A stretch of DNA of 44,700 bases from Conidiobolus incongruus B7586 (lineage: Eukaryota). Under the pieces are notes generated by a model. That model was not told where the DNA came from. It saw only the letters and a program-made list of their open reading frames with translations, and did not search any database. Positions within the stretch are counted from its first letter, which is position 1; the number at the start of each line of letters is the position of its first letter. Location: contig JNEM01010216.1 in assembly GCA_000697335.1 (NCBI GenBank), positions 1-44,700 of the forward strand, in the 5' to 3' direction. The position numbers and the translations under genes were made by a program. Shown here one piece after another: positions 13,245 to 28,227 of this stretch.

Positions 13245-14286
13245 ATTATTTTTTTTTATTTTATTATTTAATAAATCGTATATATTCTTTAGTCATTTTA
13301 TTATTGATCTTTTATATTGTATATTCTACTTGAACTTTGGATGCTATCAAATTACATTTTTAATTCGTAATAAATTTGTAATAAATTATATTTATTACAA
13401 ATTTTATCTGTTTAAATTTAGATCTAATGGTTTAATTGTTATTGATAAGCCAATAAAATTGAAGATTTTTTAATACTATATTAAAAGAATGAATTAAAGC
13501 AATTATATTATCATTCAAAATAATTAAATATTTTATAAATGATAAATCTATAAAGAGTAATGAATCTAAATTGAAATTTTAACCAATTTTTTGATACATA
13601 ACAAGTTTACAAAATTGTAAATATTATCTTTAAAATTCGGAAATTTACACATGATAAAGAGTGAGAGAAAATATTAGAAGAATATTTGCTAAAATTTATG
13701 TTTAAAATATTTATCTACAAAATGAGGAATTATTAACTCAAAAATTTATGATAAACTGTTTACTTGATTATGTCTTTAAAATGGTGCTTTTATATCTGCT
13801 AATTATTCAGATTTACCATAGTAAATTTTTAAAAATATAACCTAATAATATCATTTGTATTACCTTTTTAATATAGTAAATTTTATTTAGTTATATTATT
13901 CTTGGAAAATTATTATAAATGATTATTATTGATTGTTAAATACTTTAGATAAAATTGAATAAACTAATAAATTGACTAAAAAGGAAATAAGTATATGAGT
14001 ATAATTTCGAATTAATCCCATTATTTTAAACATTTCTGATATTACCCACAAGACACGAAATCAATCAATCAATTGCATTAAATAAAATTTTTCGTGGAAT
14101 ACAAAAAGTAAAATTTTGAAAATGATCCATTAGCCAATCAAGAGTATAAATACTCTTAGATTCCCTCAGAGGAATCAAAGCTGTTGAATTGATTACTATT
14201 TGTATTCATACAAGAGCCCTCTTCATTGAGTTGTGTTTATAGTTTATTTTATAGATTGTATTTCATAGATTTTTATAATCGTTAAT

Positions 14287-16206
<1,920 letters not shown>

Positions 16207-16718
16207 TTTGTCGCTTAACTTTCCCCTTTTCAATACGATTATTAATTGTTTTTACAATAGTATACTATTCGAAATGTTTAAATCTTTTAAAATTATTATT
16301 TTATAATAATAAAGTCATATATAAATGTATTTGTTATTTAAATTTAGTTTTTAATACAATATACTCTAATTTGTGTTATATCAAAATCTGAAATTGACAT
16401 TTTGGTTTAAAAAAATATATTAATGTTTGAATAATTTGAATATTTACCCATTATTACCGGTGTCAACTATACTATTTTCAAAGTTAATAATTACCTTATA
16501 ATATTATATAACATTATAAAATTTACAAAGTTACAATGCTTATATTACCAGTTGATTTTATCATGATAAGATCATTTGAAATTTTGAATTCAGTCAAGTG
16601 GATTCAATAATTCGATAATACAGGGTAATCAGTTTCCAACAAATGACAATATCAATATAGCTAGAAATATTTTTAATCAAGATTTTTTATTAAATAAAAA
16701 GATAATTCATTGTAATGT

Positions 16719-17079
16719 TTAATGCTCAGGGTAGTAAACACTATCAATAAACTTGGCCAAGTCAACATCTCTCTTGGATAATCCTGAACATTCGTGAGTG
16801 GCTAAAGTAATTTCAACTCTGTTATAAACCTAACAAAAAAAATTAATATATAAAATAAAATATATAATAAAAATAAATTACATTAAACCATTCAGGATGG
16901 TGGTCAACTTTGTCAGCTTGAAGGGCGACACGAGCCATAAAACCGAAAGCTTGGTTAAAATCTTTAAATTCGAATTTTTTAATAATAGCGTCTCTATCTT
17001 CGACCAAGTTCCATCCATTTCCCTTCAAAGGTTCGATGTATTCTTTTCTTTCTTCGGCAGTTAATTTGCTGGCAACCAT
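16719..17079 (-). CDS. Pterin-4-alpha-carbinolamine dehydratase (PCBD family); complement(join(16719..16829,16882..17079)), 102 aa; alternative in-frame ATG at 17157
   Basis: [58 protein letters not shown] contains the DHHPEW and TH motifs. One GT-AG intron at 16830-16881. Confidence 0.93.
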
Positions 17080-17823
17080 TTTGGAATAGTGTTTGATGAT
17101 GTTTAAATAGTATTGAGCGAATTTTTTAATGTGGAAGCTAGAGTGTATTTTTATCATTTTGAACGGTTAGGAATTTGAATATGGGATTGGTGATGTCATG
17201 ATATTTTCGGATAAATACAGCTACTGTTAAATGTTTGAAATTTATTGAATGTGAAGTTGATGGATAATTTATATTGACCCTTCAAGATTAAAGTTCAAAT
17301 TTATTGATTGCTAAATATGCAATATTTTTGTTTTTGTATTAATGAAATGATTTAGTTAATTTTTTAAATATTTTCGTTGATAGAATTCATTTTCAAATGT
17401 TTAAATCATGATTTATTCAAACTATTCATACTAAATATGTTTTTCCAGATTTGATTGAAATAATTAAATATTATTCAAATATTTAACAATATTATAAGTT
17501 ATTTAGTGATAAATATAAAACTATATTTTAATGATTTTATTAGTTTTATTATTTATTAAGTATTTGAAAATTTTCATGAATATATTGAATTAATGAATTT
17601 ACCAATTTAATAGATAATTTAATCATTTATATATTACTCAATTGCTATAAAATAATCATTCTTATATATTATCGGCTTTCCATTTTGATACATTGGTTTA
17701 AATAAAGCCATATCAAGTTTTAATCAAATTCCCATAATTAATTAATTATATCTCAATGAACTATAAATAAATGAGAAACCAAATGGAGCTTTTTTAATAA
17801 GAATTGGTTAAATTATAATTAAA

Positions 17824-18251
17824 ATCAACACTCCAAGATCTGTATTTCTCGGATGGTAAAACAATATAAAATAGTTATATAAAAATATAAATTAATACCA
17901 AAATTTTTATAGGGGTGTTTTTACTGTTGGTAATTTTAATTTTTTAATAAGCTTTTAAATTAGGTTAAAATTTAAACAATAATATTTAGCTGGTATCGCT
18001 TCTTATATTATCGCTTCTAAAGAAATTGATAAACGTAAAAGAGAATTCACTCATAATCAACAGAAATTAAATTGTAATCATTGAATATATTCTATAGTTT
18101 ATAAATACTAATATATTGATATTTAATAATAGGGGAAGAGAGAGTTGAATTGAGTTTAAAAAAGCAAGCTCTTGAAGAAGCTAATAAGACTTCTACTTCT
18201 GATTCAGGCGACAGTGGTGGAACTGAAAATAATGGGGAAAATGTATCTTAA
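17824..18251 (+). CDS. Small DUF4748-like single-TM protein; join(17824..17855,17913..17929,17990..18073,18133..18251), 83 codons; start position is ATC
   Basis: Not in the ORF track. Three GT-AG introns give the open frame (I)NTPRSVFLGWGVFTVAGIASYIIASKEIDKRKREFTHNQQKLNWEERVEL... It matches the fungal NTPxSxxxGWG-TM-basic pattern from my recall, not from a search. Confidence 0.7.
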
Positions 18252-18956
18252 TAAATATAGTAAGTTTTAAATGATTTAATATGTTGTTTCAGGCATATAT
18301 GATCCAAGGTGTAACAATCTGATATTTATACATTTTGATCTATAGAATGATTTGGTTTTCATTGTTGTCTCGTGAACATTATAATTTCTAGACTTAAAGG
18401 AGGTATAATTAAAAATATACTATTAATATAACTTGAATATTTAGTAGATTTCAAAATTTGGTTCCATATAACATGAATCAACATATAACTTAAGTTTCCA
18501 CAAGATTAAAATAATATATCAGTTAAAAGGATATAATCAATTGTTAATCAGTCAATTTTAGGATGAATTTCATATAATAATTTTTTTGATTATCAATATT
18601 CAATTGATAAGAATTAGTTAGAATGTACTTTGAAACCTAGTATATAATAATCAGGTCAGTTCAAATTTATCTCGAATTCTGATTATTTAAATATAGTTTG
18701 GACGATTTAAAAGATTTAACATAACATAATAGATTTCACTTCGAATAAAATACTAATATTTTTTTACTAATATTGAAGATTATAATTCATCAAAATTAAT
18801 ATATAATAATTTCAATGAATATTCAAATAAACTGCAATTATTTAGAATAGTATTATTAATGTATATTTTTATTATTTGATAAATATAATAGCTAATAGAT
18901 GAATAATTAATTATTACACTTAATAATTGATTCATAAGCAACTATGGTTATTAAAC

Positions 18957-19524
18957 ACATATTTGATTTGAGGATGAATTAAACTGTTCTTGGGGTCAAT
19001 TTCGCCATCTTCACCTACAACATGAGCTGTTTTCCATCCAAGTTTCTATTAATCATAATAGTTAACTAAACGTTGATAAATTATGCATACAGCTTATATA
19101 CCTTAGCAGTCTCTAAATTGGACCAAGAATCATCCACCATATAACATTGTGTAGTATCTGAAATTCCAGCCTCCTTTTTGGCCCTTTCGTAAGATTCAAT
19201 TTCTGTCGTATTAAATGAGCAAAAATACAATTAGTGTGGTTATTAGAGAAGTATACCTGGTTTGCAAGGGAAATTAGGTTCAGCATAATTACAGAAAGTT
19301 ATGCCATGGAAAAGGTCTTTAATACCTAATAATCTTAAAACTCTTTCGACATGCTAAAAACTGTTAGATAAAGTGCATGGTAAGTTAGAAAATATACTTA
19401 CAGGAAAGTTAGCATTTGTAAAGGCTCATCTTTTACAAGGTAAATTTTCAAGCATATTTATCAAGGGCTCATTTCGAGTAATGATCTTTTCAAGTGGTAA
19501 ACTTTGATTGACATATTGATCTAA
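18957..19524 (-). pseudogene. Partial intron-containing duplicate of the SDT1-like gene (exon 5 to part of exon 8) with premature TGA
   Basis: Direct copy of ~24006-24573 with about 14 substitutions counted by eye. TGG>TGA at 19426-19428. Exons 1-4 and the end of exon 8 are missing. Confidence 0.9.
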
Positions 19525-20369
19525 GGATATATATTGATATTTAAGGTGATGTAAAAGAAATTTCATGTTATCATTATCCATTAAAACAATATTTTTATAT
19601 TAAATAGATATCAATATAAGAAAATAAAGTATTCATGTATTGATATAATCATATTTGCTATCGTGATTCAACATTCATCAAATTACTAATTCATACATTT
19701 AATAATACTTTAAAGTCGACTTAAGCGCTATAATTCAATATATATTAATAAATTTGATCGAATAGTATTAGATATACCCTACCTGTTTCTTTAAGAATTC
19801 CTAGTTTTATTCAAAATGTTAATAATCTCATTTAATATACTAAACTCAATTTGTTAGGATTATCTTATATTAAAAAGATTCAATTAAGCTAACTTGAAAT
19901 ACTAATCAAAAACTCATATATATTTTAGAGGATTTTATTTTTTTAATATTATTTAATATATTTTAATAGCATTCTAATATGACGAAATAAGATTCCTGAA
20001 TAGATATACACAGTATAACAAATTATAATATAAGTTCTTTAACATATGTTAAAAAATACAAGATAACAGTATAGAAATGTTTTCATTTCGAACTGAGTTT
20101 TTGTATTTATTAATATTTAATTAATAATAGCCTCAATATTTACCTCAGTTATCAATTTAATTATTTAAATAATTTTAATTTTGAAAAAATTTATATATAT
20201 ATATAATGCTAAAAATTTTATTATAGTTAGTTTAGAAAGTAAGAAATTGTAAATATTTTAAATTCTGATTTTTCAAACATGTTCTTAGTTTTAAAAAATA
20301 ATTATATATAAAATACATAACAGAATTAATGCTTTCAAATTATCCATATATATCATTCATAATTATTTT

Positions 20370-21860
20370 TTATTATAGTACTTTTAATTAAAAATTTTAG
20401 GTTAAATTTTAACATTTTTAAATTAAATAATAATCATCAAAAGCTTTTTATTATAATATTATTACAATAACCATAAACTTTTTAAAATCATTTAAACTTT
20501 GTAAATAGCTTATAAAGTTAGCATTCTATTAAAAAAATACTATTATTAATTAGATTTATTAGTTTAAAACTAAAATGGATATTATCTATAATTTACTTAT
20601 ATTTAATAAATTAAAATCTTTTATAATGTTTTAATAAAAATAAAAAATAAATTAAAAGGTATCTCTTTATTATAACTAAAGCACTATTTAAGCAATTTAA
20701 TTTTAACTTTAAAGGTATTTTATATATTTTAAGGTTTAACCTTAAATTAATTAATAAAAATATATAATAAATATCTTATAGTTTAATTAAAATTTAAAAA
20801 AATTAAAATTACTATAATTAAATAAAACTTATTAAAATATAGTGCAAAGAAAAAGTTTTAATAATAAATCACTATAATCAATGAATTTTTAATTTCTTTA
20901 TATAATCTTTTATTTAGTAATAATATAAAATTTTAGATTAAAATAATATAATTTCCTATAAGTTTTAATAAATAAATATTTAATTTATAAAAAAATATTT
21001 ATTATTAAAATATATTTTAATGGTATATAGCTTTCTTATTTAGTTTTTAAAGATAAATTAATTATTAATAAGTTTTATATTGTTTTTTTAAATAAAGCAA
21101 TTTCTAATATAATGCTTGTATTATAAATTAATAATATTTATTATTTTGTATAATAATCACAAAATATATAATATTCAAATTATAAAAGTTTTTTTATATT
21201 GAAAAAATCAAAGAAAGCTACTATATTTAATATATTCATTAGATTACAATTAATATGATTATAATTATTTTGAGTAAATAAAAAATATGCTTATAAGAAA
21301 GAAAATTTCAATAAACAAAATTAAATTAGTTTGTGAAATATCAAATTTTATTCTTTAATAAAAAAACTATATTTTTAATATTAACACGTCTTGGGGAAGC
21401 CGTGTCCGGAATAGTATAAGCAAAAGGGAGAGATCTAGGGAATTCCAGGTAAAGGTTAGGGAGATAGGGGGTTTATTGGTTTAAGCCAAATAGCTGGGAG
21501 GACCCAGATCGAACTCCTTCTCTGTAGTATAGCTCTGTTTCTGGGTTCTATATATAGTGCATAGAGTAGTAGGTTTCTGGAGTTTTCTGGAGGGTTGTAT
21601 CATTAGCTGATTAAAGGATAGGGTTGAAGTGGTTGGTCACATGAGGGGGGGAATGACCCTTATATTCAGTTGAAGTAAGCATATTACGTGGGAGGAGAGT
21701 CACCTGACTCGTGACAATATTAAAGGCTTGTCAAAATACAATATAGAGTTATTGATAATAATAAAGGATATTAACTCTATATTATAAATGAATTTTTTTA
21801 AATCATATATTAATGATTTTATTTAATTTTAATTTTAAAAATTTTCCACTACTTAATTCT
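20370..21860 (+). repeat. AT-rich degenerate dispersed repeat, copy B, interrupted by a solo LTR
   Basis: Colinear by eye with 30420-31570 (e.g. gcttataagaaagaaaatttc is shared at ~21290 and ~31340). Boundaries are approximate. Confidence 0.7.
21382..21716 (-). mobile_element. Solo LTR, 335 bp, TG...TA termini, ATAT target-site duplication
   Basis: GC-richer island. The minus strand starts TGTCACGAGTCAGGTGACTC, contains TATATATA and AATAAA, and ends GTGTTA. ATAT flanks at 21378-21381 and 21717-21720. Homologous to 25387-25673. Confidence 0.8.
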
Positions 21861-23959
21861 TATACTAATATATACTCTAAACATGGTTGATTAATTTAAA
21901 GCAAAAATTTTATATTGTTTATCAATTAATAAAATATCATTAATTGATCAAAGATATAATTAATCAGTGATCAATTGTTTTATTTAATATATTTTCAACT
22001 ATTAGTGTTTATTTCAGAGTATATAATATAATTAATGTTTAAAATTATTTAAAATCAAAATTATATAATAATCAAATTCAATAAATTATAAATATATTTT
22101 TGTTTCATATTGATAGGTCGTATGATTATTTTTATAGATTTTGATCTTATAAAGAATACTTTTAAATTAATATTAAATCATATTTTACACATTGTAAAGA
22201 AAGAAATATATATTTTAAGCTTGATAACTTTTAAAATTAATATTAACACTGTAAAATCAAATTTTTACAATATACATTAAATTATAATTATTATTAAATT
22301 GAAGAAATTTTCAAAATAGAAACACTTGTAAAAAATTTCAAGAACCAAATATAATAAGGTATTCAAGATCGTCAATTTACTTTGATATTATTACGATATA
22401 TCATTACTTTTATAATACATCCTGATTGAATCAAACTTGAAGAACATTATTGTAATATTAGATAAAATTCACTTTTGATTCATCATAATGATTGAAAAAT
22501 GAAAAATATATCCGTTTTATACATTCTTGATTTATTAGAGAATAAATAATAATCCAAATAAGCCATTTTTAAAATCAAAAGCGGTCGCTTTTCAAGTAAA
22601 ATAAAAGTACATTAATGATTCAAATCTGGAAACTTCGTATCAAATTTTATATATAAAAGAACTTAATTATACCTATTTTTTCAATTATAATATTTTCAAA
22701 GAAGAAAAATATATATTTTTGTAGATAAATTAATTATATCAATTGTTAATAAAATATATAGAAATTAATGAAAATTGTATTGTATCCAATGATTTTATAT
22801 TTTACAGATATACATATCTTTAAAAAGTATATTTGTGAAATTATTTAATAAATTGTAATGTCAATTTAAGTTCAAACTGTGTAAATGGCTGCCAAAGTAT
22901 CCACCAAATAGATTATGTGAGAATTTATTTCCGAGTCAGATATTTTGGCATCATTAAATTTAGAGATACTATCTATATATAATTCCTGAATACCGAATCT
23001 GAAAGTTTCAAAATTCTTTGTAGAAAAACTAAACTTTTCTTGTTGAATAAATAACATTTCTAAAATTATTTATCCAAATTATCATGAAAATCAGATAAAA
23101 CTTATGTTATTGGATTGCTGGTTACTTAAACTTAAATAAACTTAATCTAATTATCAGCATATTTATAAGATATTATATTATATACATCGTATTGAATTAT
23201 ATTGATAATTTATAATAAATACTTGGAATATTTGATCCAAGAAATTATTATTAATTTTTAAATGATTTTTTTCAAGTACCTAACAGTATGCTACAATAAA
23301 TAACATAACCCTGAAATGAGGAAATAACACTATAAAATTATTGATTTTTTTGTTCAAAAATTTTTATAAGATCATTCTTAAAAAGTTGAATTTTTTTGAA
23401 AGATTTTTAAATTTATTATATTGGTGATAGTTCGAAAATTGTAATTTACTATTTAAAGATATATTTTTGTAAAGAATGTAATCCTTGTATCACATTTTAT
23501 TGTATGATATTCTACATAGATTTCTTAAAACTGTAAACAACTTTCAATTAAGATCAAGTTTCACCAAAATTCACCAATATTTGGCTGTAACTAGTTTTAA
23601 TGAAAGAGAAAATAATGATTATTAACGTGGTTAAAGAAAAATAACTGAATTAGTCTAATTTGTTCAATCAATTTTCAAATATAAAATGATAGAGATAAAA
23701 AAATTAAGTTATATCTATAGTTATATGGAGATAGAACCCTGATTAAATACAACAGAAAAATGAATTTTTTTGAAATTTATTAAAATTTCATTTCATTAAT
23801 TGAAATTTATAATTGACAAGATTAAAAATAGGTAACCGAATATGATGTGTATCAAAACCGAACCAATTCAGTATGGATTATCATTCGGTTACCCTGAAAT
23901 ATGATTTAAATTTGTCCATACATAGAAATTGCAGAAAGAATACTCCAAACCTGTTAAAA

Positions 23960-25032
23960 TTAGTTTAAGTTCCAAAGTTCAGGATAGATTTTAGGTAAAT
24001 CAGTGACATATTTGATTTGAGGATGAATTAAACTGTTCTTGGGGTCAATTTCGCCATCTTCACCTACAACATGAGCTGTTTTCCATCCAAGTTTCTATTA
24101 ATCATAATAGTTAATTAAACGTTGATAAATTATGCATACAGCTTATATACCTTAGCAGTCTCTAAATTGGACCAAGAATCATCCACCATATAACATTGTG
24201 TAGTATCTGAAATTCCAGCCTCCTTTTTGGCCCTCTCATAAGATTCAATTTCTGTCATATTAAATAAGCAAAAATACAATTAATGTGGTTATTAGAGAAG
24301 TATACCTGGTTTGCAAGGGAAATTAGGTTCAGCATAATTACAGAAAGTTATGCCATGGAAAAGGTCTTTAATACCTAATAATCTTAAAACTCTTTCGGCA
24401 TGCTAAAAACTGTTAGATAAAGTTCATGATAAGTTAGAAAATATACTTACAGGAAAGTTAGCATTTGTAAAGGCCCATCTTTTACAAGGTAAATTCTTAA
24501 GCATATTTATCAAGGGCTCATTTCGAGTAATGATCTTTTCAAGTGGTAAACTTTGATCGACATATTCATCTAATTACAAATTTTAAAATATAAAATATTA
24601 AAAATATATTTTGGTATTACCATAGTCAATTGGGTCAACACCTTAAATACAAAAATAATGTTAGTTATGAAAATAAAGATATTAATTTGATGAAAATTAC
24701 CATGATGATTTATTAATCCTCGAATAGCCAAACCGTATTGCTTATAATAATTAAAAGTTAATTCTCGAGCTAAATGAATTTATACTAAATAAATCAAATC
24801 AAGTAATTAAATATCTAAGCCTTACCTTTGTCTTTAGGGATTCCTACTTTTTCGGCATATTCAACAATCCTTAATGATTAAAATTTAGATATTATAAAAT
24901 AATTCATATTAGAGTATTGTACCTGTCGGCCATTAAAAATTGAATACCAGTATTGGCGTCGTAAAGACAGTTATCAATATCAAAGAAGAAACAAACGTCT
25001 TTAGAGGTATCGTTAAGCAGTGATGATAACAT
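23960..25032 (-). CDS. SDT1: HAD-superfamily pyrimidine 5'-nucleotidase (SDT1/PHM8 family); complement(join(23960..24094,24151..24251,24306..24402,24451..24569,24621..24641,24701..24769,24826..24869,24923..25032)), 231 aa
   Basis: Not in the ORF track. Spliced product contains FFFDIDNCLY (motif I), YYKQYGLAIRGL, VDQSLPLE, WAFTNA, CKP, MVDDSWSN and AKKLGW. Seven GT-AG introns all keep frame. Confidence 0.92.
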
Positions 25033-25386
25033 ATTAAACTGTTCAAAAGTATTAAGGAGAATAGAATGATTAAAATAATTGAAAAAATAAGGGAATCAAG
25101 AATTAGGAAATTTTTAATTTTTTATATTGATTGAAAAATCTTAAAATTTAATTAACTCAAGAGAACATCAATCAATCTAAATAGGAATTCAGATATAATC
25201 ATGGATCATTTTAATATTAAATCTGTGTGGAAAAATTTGATATAGTTTTCATACATAAGATTTTAAAATTCAGTAAAATACTATCGATTTCAATATAAAA
25301 TAAATATATTTTGTAGTATTTTGGCTCTATCTATATTTCAGAATTTATATTCATTTATTTAAATCTATCAAGAAGTCCAAAAATAT

Positions 25387-25673
25387 TGTCACGAGCCAGG
25401 TGACTCCCTTCTAACCAAATATTCTTACATTAACCTAATGTTAAAGTCATTTCCCCTCGCATACCATCTGTTCCCGCTCTATCTTTTAATTGGCTAATGA
25501 TGCAAGTTAGAACCCGGAATTAGAGCTATCCTCAACAAGACGAGTTTGATCTGGGTCCTCCCAACTATTTGACTTAATCTAATAAACTCCTTATCTCGCT
25601 AACAGTTACCTGGAATTTCCCAGATCTCCTTTTATCTAAATTATTTTGGACACGGCTTTCCCGAAAAGTGTTA
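25387..25673 (+). mobile_element. Solo LTR, 287 bp, same family as 21382-21716, ATAT TSD
   Basis: Starts TGTCACGAGCCAGGTGACTC and shares GATCTGGGTCCTCCCA, TTACCTGGAATT and GGACACGGCTT with the other copy. Ends GTGTTA. ATAT at 25383-25386 and 25674-25677. An internal deletion removes the TATA segment. Confidence 0.8.
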
Positions 25674-25974
25674 ATATCATCAGATACTATTCATCAGAAA
25701 TCATTATTTTATTTGGGTGATTTAAATTTGGAATTTTTCAAATTGTGAAACTAAATGAAATAAACCCTTGTATTCAACAATTCGTCCTAATTTGGATATG
25801 GTGTTAGAATCAAATATCAAGACCAATAAATAAATTACATCACTAAAAGTAAAAATTAAATTCATTGTTAATTCTTTAAAAAATTGGAGTTTATAAAAAT
25901 TGTATATAAATTATTTAAATTAAATGTTTTTAATTCTTAGATTTATCAACAAATTATAATTTCAAACACAAGTC

Positions 25975-28227
25975 ATGTCATTTTTAAAAAGTCTCAGTCA
26001 ACTGTTTCTAGGAGGGCAAGACGACCCTACTAAAATTGTTTTAGAAGGGGGCCAATTTTATAAGGTTCCAGCAAATTCTCCCAAAATTTGCTTGTAATAT
26101 AAAAATTATAGAAAATTGTCAAATGTGTTACTAATTTTTTTATTAATTTAGGTTTCCATTTTCCAATTTATCTATTCAGCCTACTTCAATTGAGTCACAG
26201 TATAACCTTGTTGTATCAAGAATTTTAGACGAAGGAGAAGAATTGGAATCAGGTAAATACTCAAAATTTAATTAAAAGCTATTGTAATTAATTATATTAT
26301 AGACGACTTATTGGAATTTAGCTTTTTAATCGATTCCACTTTGAAAGTTCAATGGAGTACCATTAAGGATGAAAACTCTAACAAAGCTTATCAACAATAC
26401 ACATGGATAGACCCCAAAAACTCTGCCAGCCAACCTACGCGCTTTGTGTTCTCAATTGATACTTCAGAAGTATCCGATTCTACTGCTGAGAAATTTTTTG
26501 AGGGAATTAAGGTTTGCTCTCAAAAGAGAGACCAAAAAATTGCCGAGGATTCTAGCAGTGTTGATAATATAGCTAAGAAGTTAGCTCAAACAAATATTTC
26601 CAAGCCTGTCACACGATCCACTCCCAAAAAACCTCCAGTAATTAATTCCAACATCGATCTAAGTAAATATTCTACTTTTTTTGAGGGCTTTTGCGAAATT
26701 TATCTGTACAATCCTCAAAATCGAGCTTACGAAATTCATCATCCACAATCTAAAGTTAAAATTTTTTCATCTAAAAACACGGATTTTGAATTTTATTTCT
26801 CAGTTGGCCCTGAAGATCAACCCTCAGTTGAGTTTGTTGGAAAAGACATCGAGGAAATTAAAGATTACTATTTCAATGAGGCCGAACATTCTTTCATTTG
26901 GGTTGATATCAAAAATAAGCTTGTCTATACCTGGTCAATCAAATTCCAAGACTCTAAACCGTTCCAAGACTTTAAAAACTATTTTGGAATCGCTTTCTTC
27001 GAATCCAAATTACAAATGAGCTTCAAAAACACTGATTCTTCAACTCAAAAGTACGTTTCTAGAGCATACTGTGAATCTTATCCTATTAAAGAAGAAGAAG
27101 AAGAAGATGCCAGCTCTGAAGAAGTTGATCCTTATGGAAGTGAATCAGAACCCGAGTATGAAGATCCTAGAGATGATCCCAGATATGATCCTATGGAAGA
27201 TGACAAAGATTACAATCGACATATGGCTGTCGGATACCAAAGCGATAGATCGTTTGTAGTTCGTGGATCAAGAATTGGTGTTTTCAAAAAAGATCAAGAG
27301 GAAAACGACATGAAGTATGTTACCAAAATCAACAAAATTACTGATCTACAAAATAGAGACATTGATGTTTCTCAAATGATGCTTCATGAACAAGATAGAT
27401 CGTTGATTATAAGAGATAAAAATAACCATGAGTCCATATACAAAATGGATTTAGAAGTCGGAAAGGTAGTTGAAGAGTACAAGTCAGAATCCTTCCCTTG
27501 CACTTTTACATTCCATAATTCCAAATATAATCAAATCAACCCTGACCAAACTTTCCTCGGATTAAATAAGAATACTTTGTTCCAAGTCGATCCTAGAGTG
27601 AGCGGGAATGAAAAAATTGTCATAGACAATTTCAAGCAATATGCTTCTAAAACTCAATTTACTTGTGCGTCTACTACTCAAGATGGAAAATTCGCTGTTG
27701 CCAACGCAATTGGTGAAATTAGACTATATAATCAACTTGGTAAAAATGCCAAAACCGCTCTTCCAGCTCTTGGAGATAATATTTATGGGTTGGATATCTC
27801 AAATGATGGAAGATATATTTTGGCTACTTGTGCCACTTATCTTTTGGTTGTTGACACACTTCTTCATTCAGATCCTGAAAAACGATATGGATTTGATAAA
27901 TCCTTCCCTAAGGATGAAAAACCAAAGCCTCTTCGTCTTCAACTCAAGCCCGAGCATGTCTCATACATCCAAGAACCTATTCATTTCACACATGCTAGAT
28001 TCAACTATGGACCTGATTCAACTGAAAAATATATTGTTACTAGTACTGGTCAATACGTAATCGTTTGGACATTTTCTAAAGTCAAAGCAGGAAATGTAAA
28101 TTCTTATACCATCAAGCGATTCCCAGACAGGATTATTGCAGATAACTTCTGGTTCAATGATGATTCCTCAATTGTTGTAACACTTCCCCACGATGTTAAA
28201 TTAACTGGCAAAAGTCAAAGACGTTAA
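25975..28227 (+). CDS. VID27: Vacuolar import and degradation protein 27; join(25975..26093,26152..26252,26303..28227), 714 aa
   Basis: Motifs MAVGYQSDRSFVVRGSRIGVFK, YKMDLEVGKVVEEY, AKTALPALGDNIYGLDISNDGRYILATC and PLRLQLKPEH. Two GT-AG introns extend the ORF to an ATG. Confidence 0.92.

Noticed and set aside
13222..13473. Short AT-rich ORFs (13222-13473, 5736-5957, 22872-23057, 43792-44025)
   Set aside because: Their F/I/K/N/Y-biased translations are typical of AT-rich non-coding DNA, with no homology signal.
21382..25673. The two inverted LTR copies as TIRs of one 4.3-kb transposon carrying SDT1
   Set aside because: Each copy has its own ATAT duplication on both sides, the copies are diverged, and one is nested in another repeat. 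Independent solo insertions are the simpler explanation.
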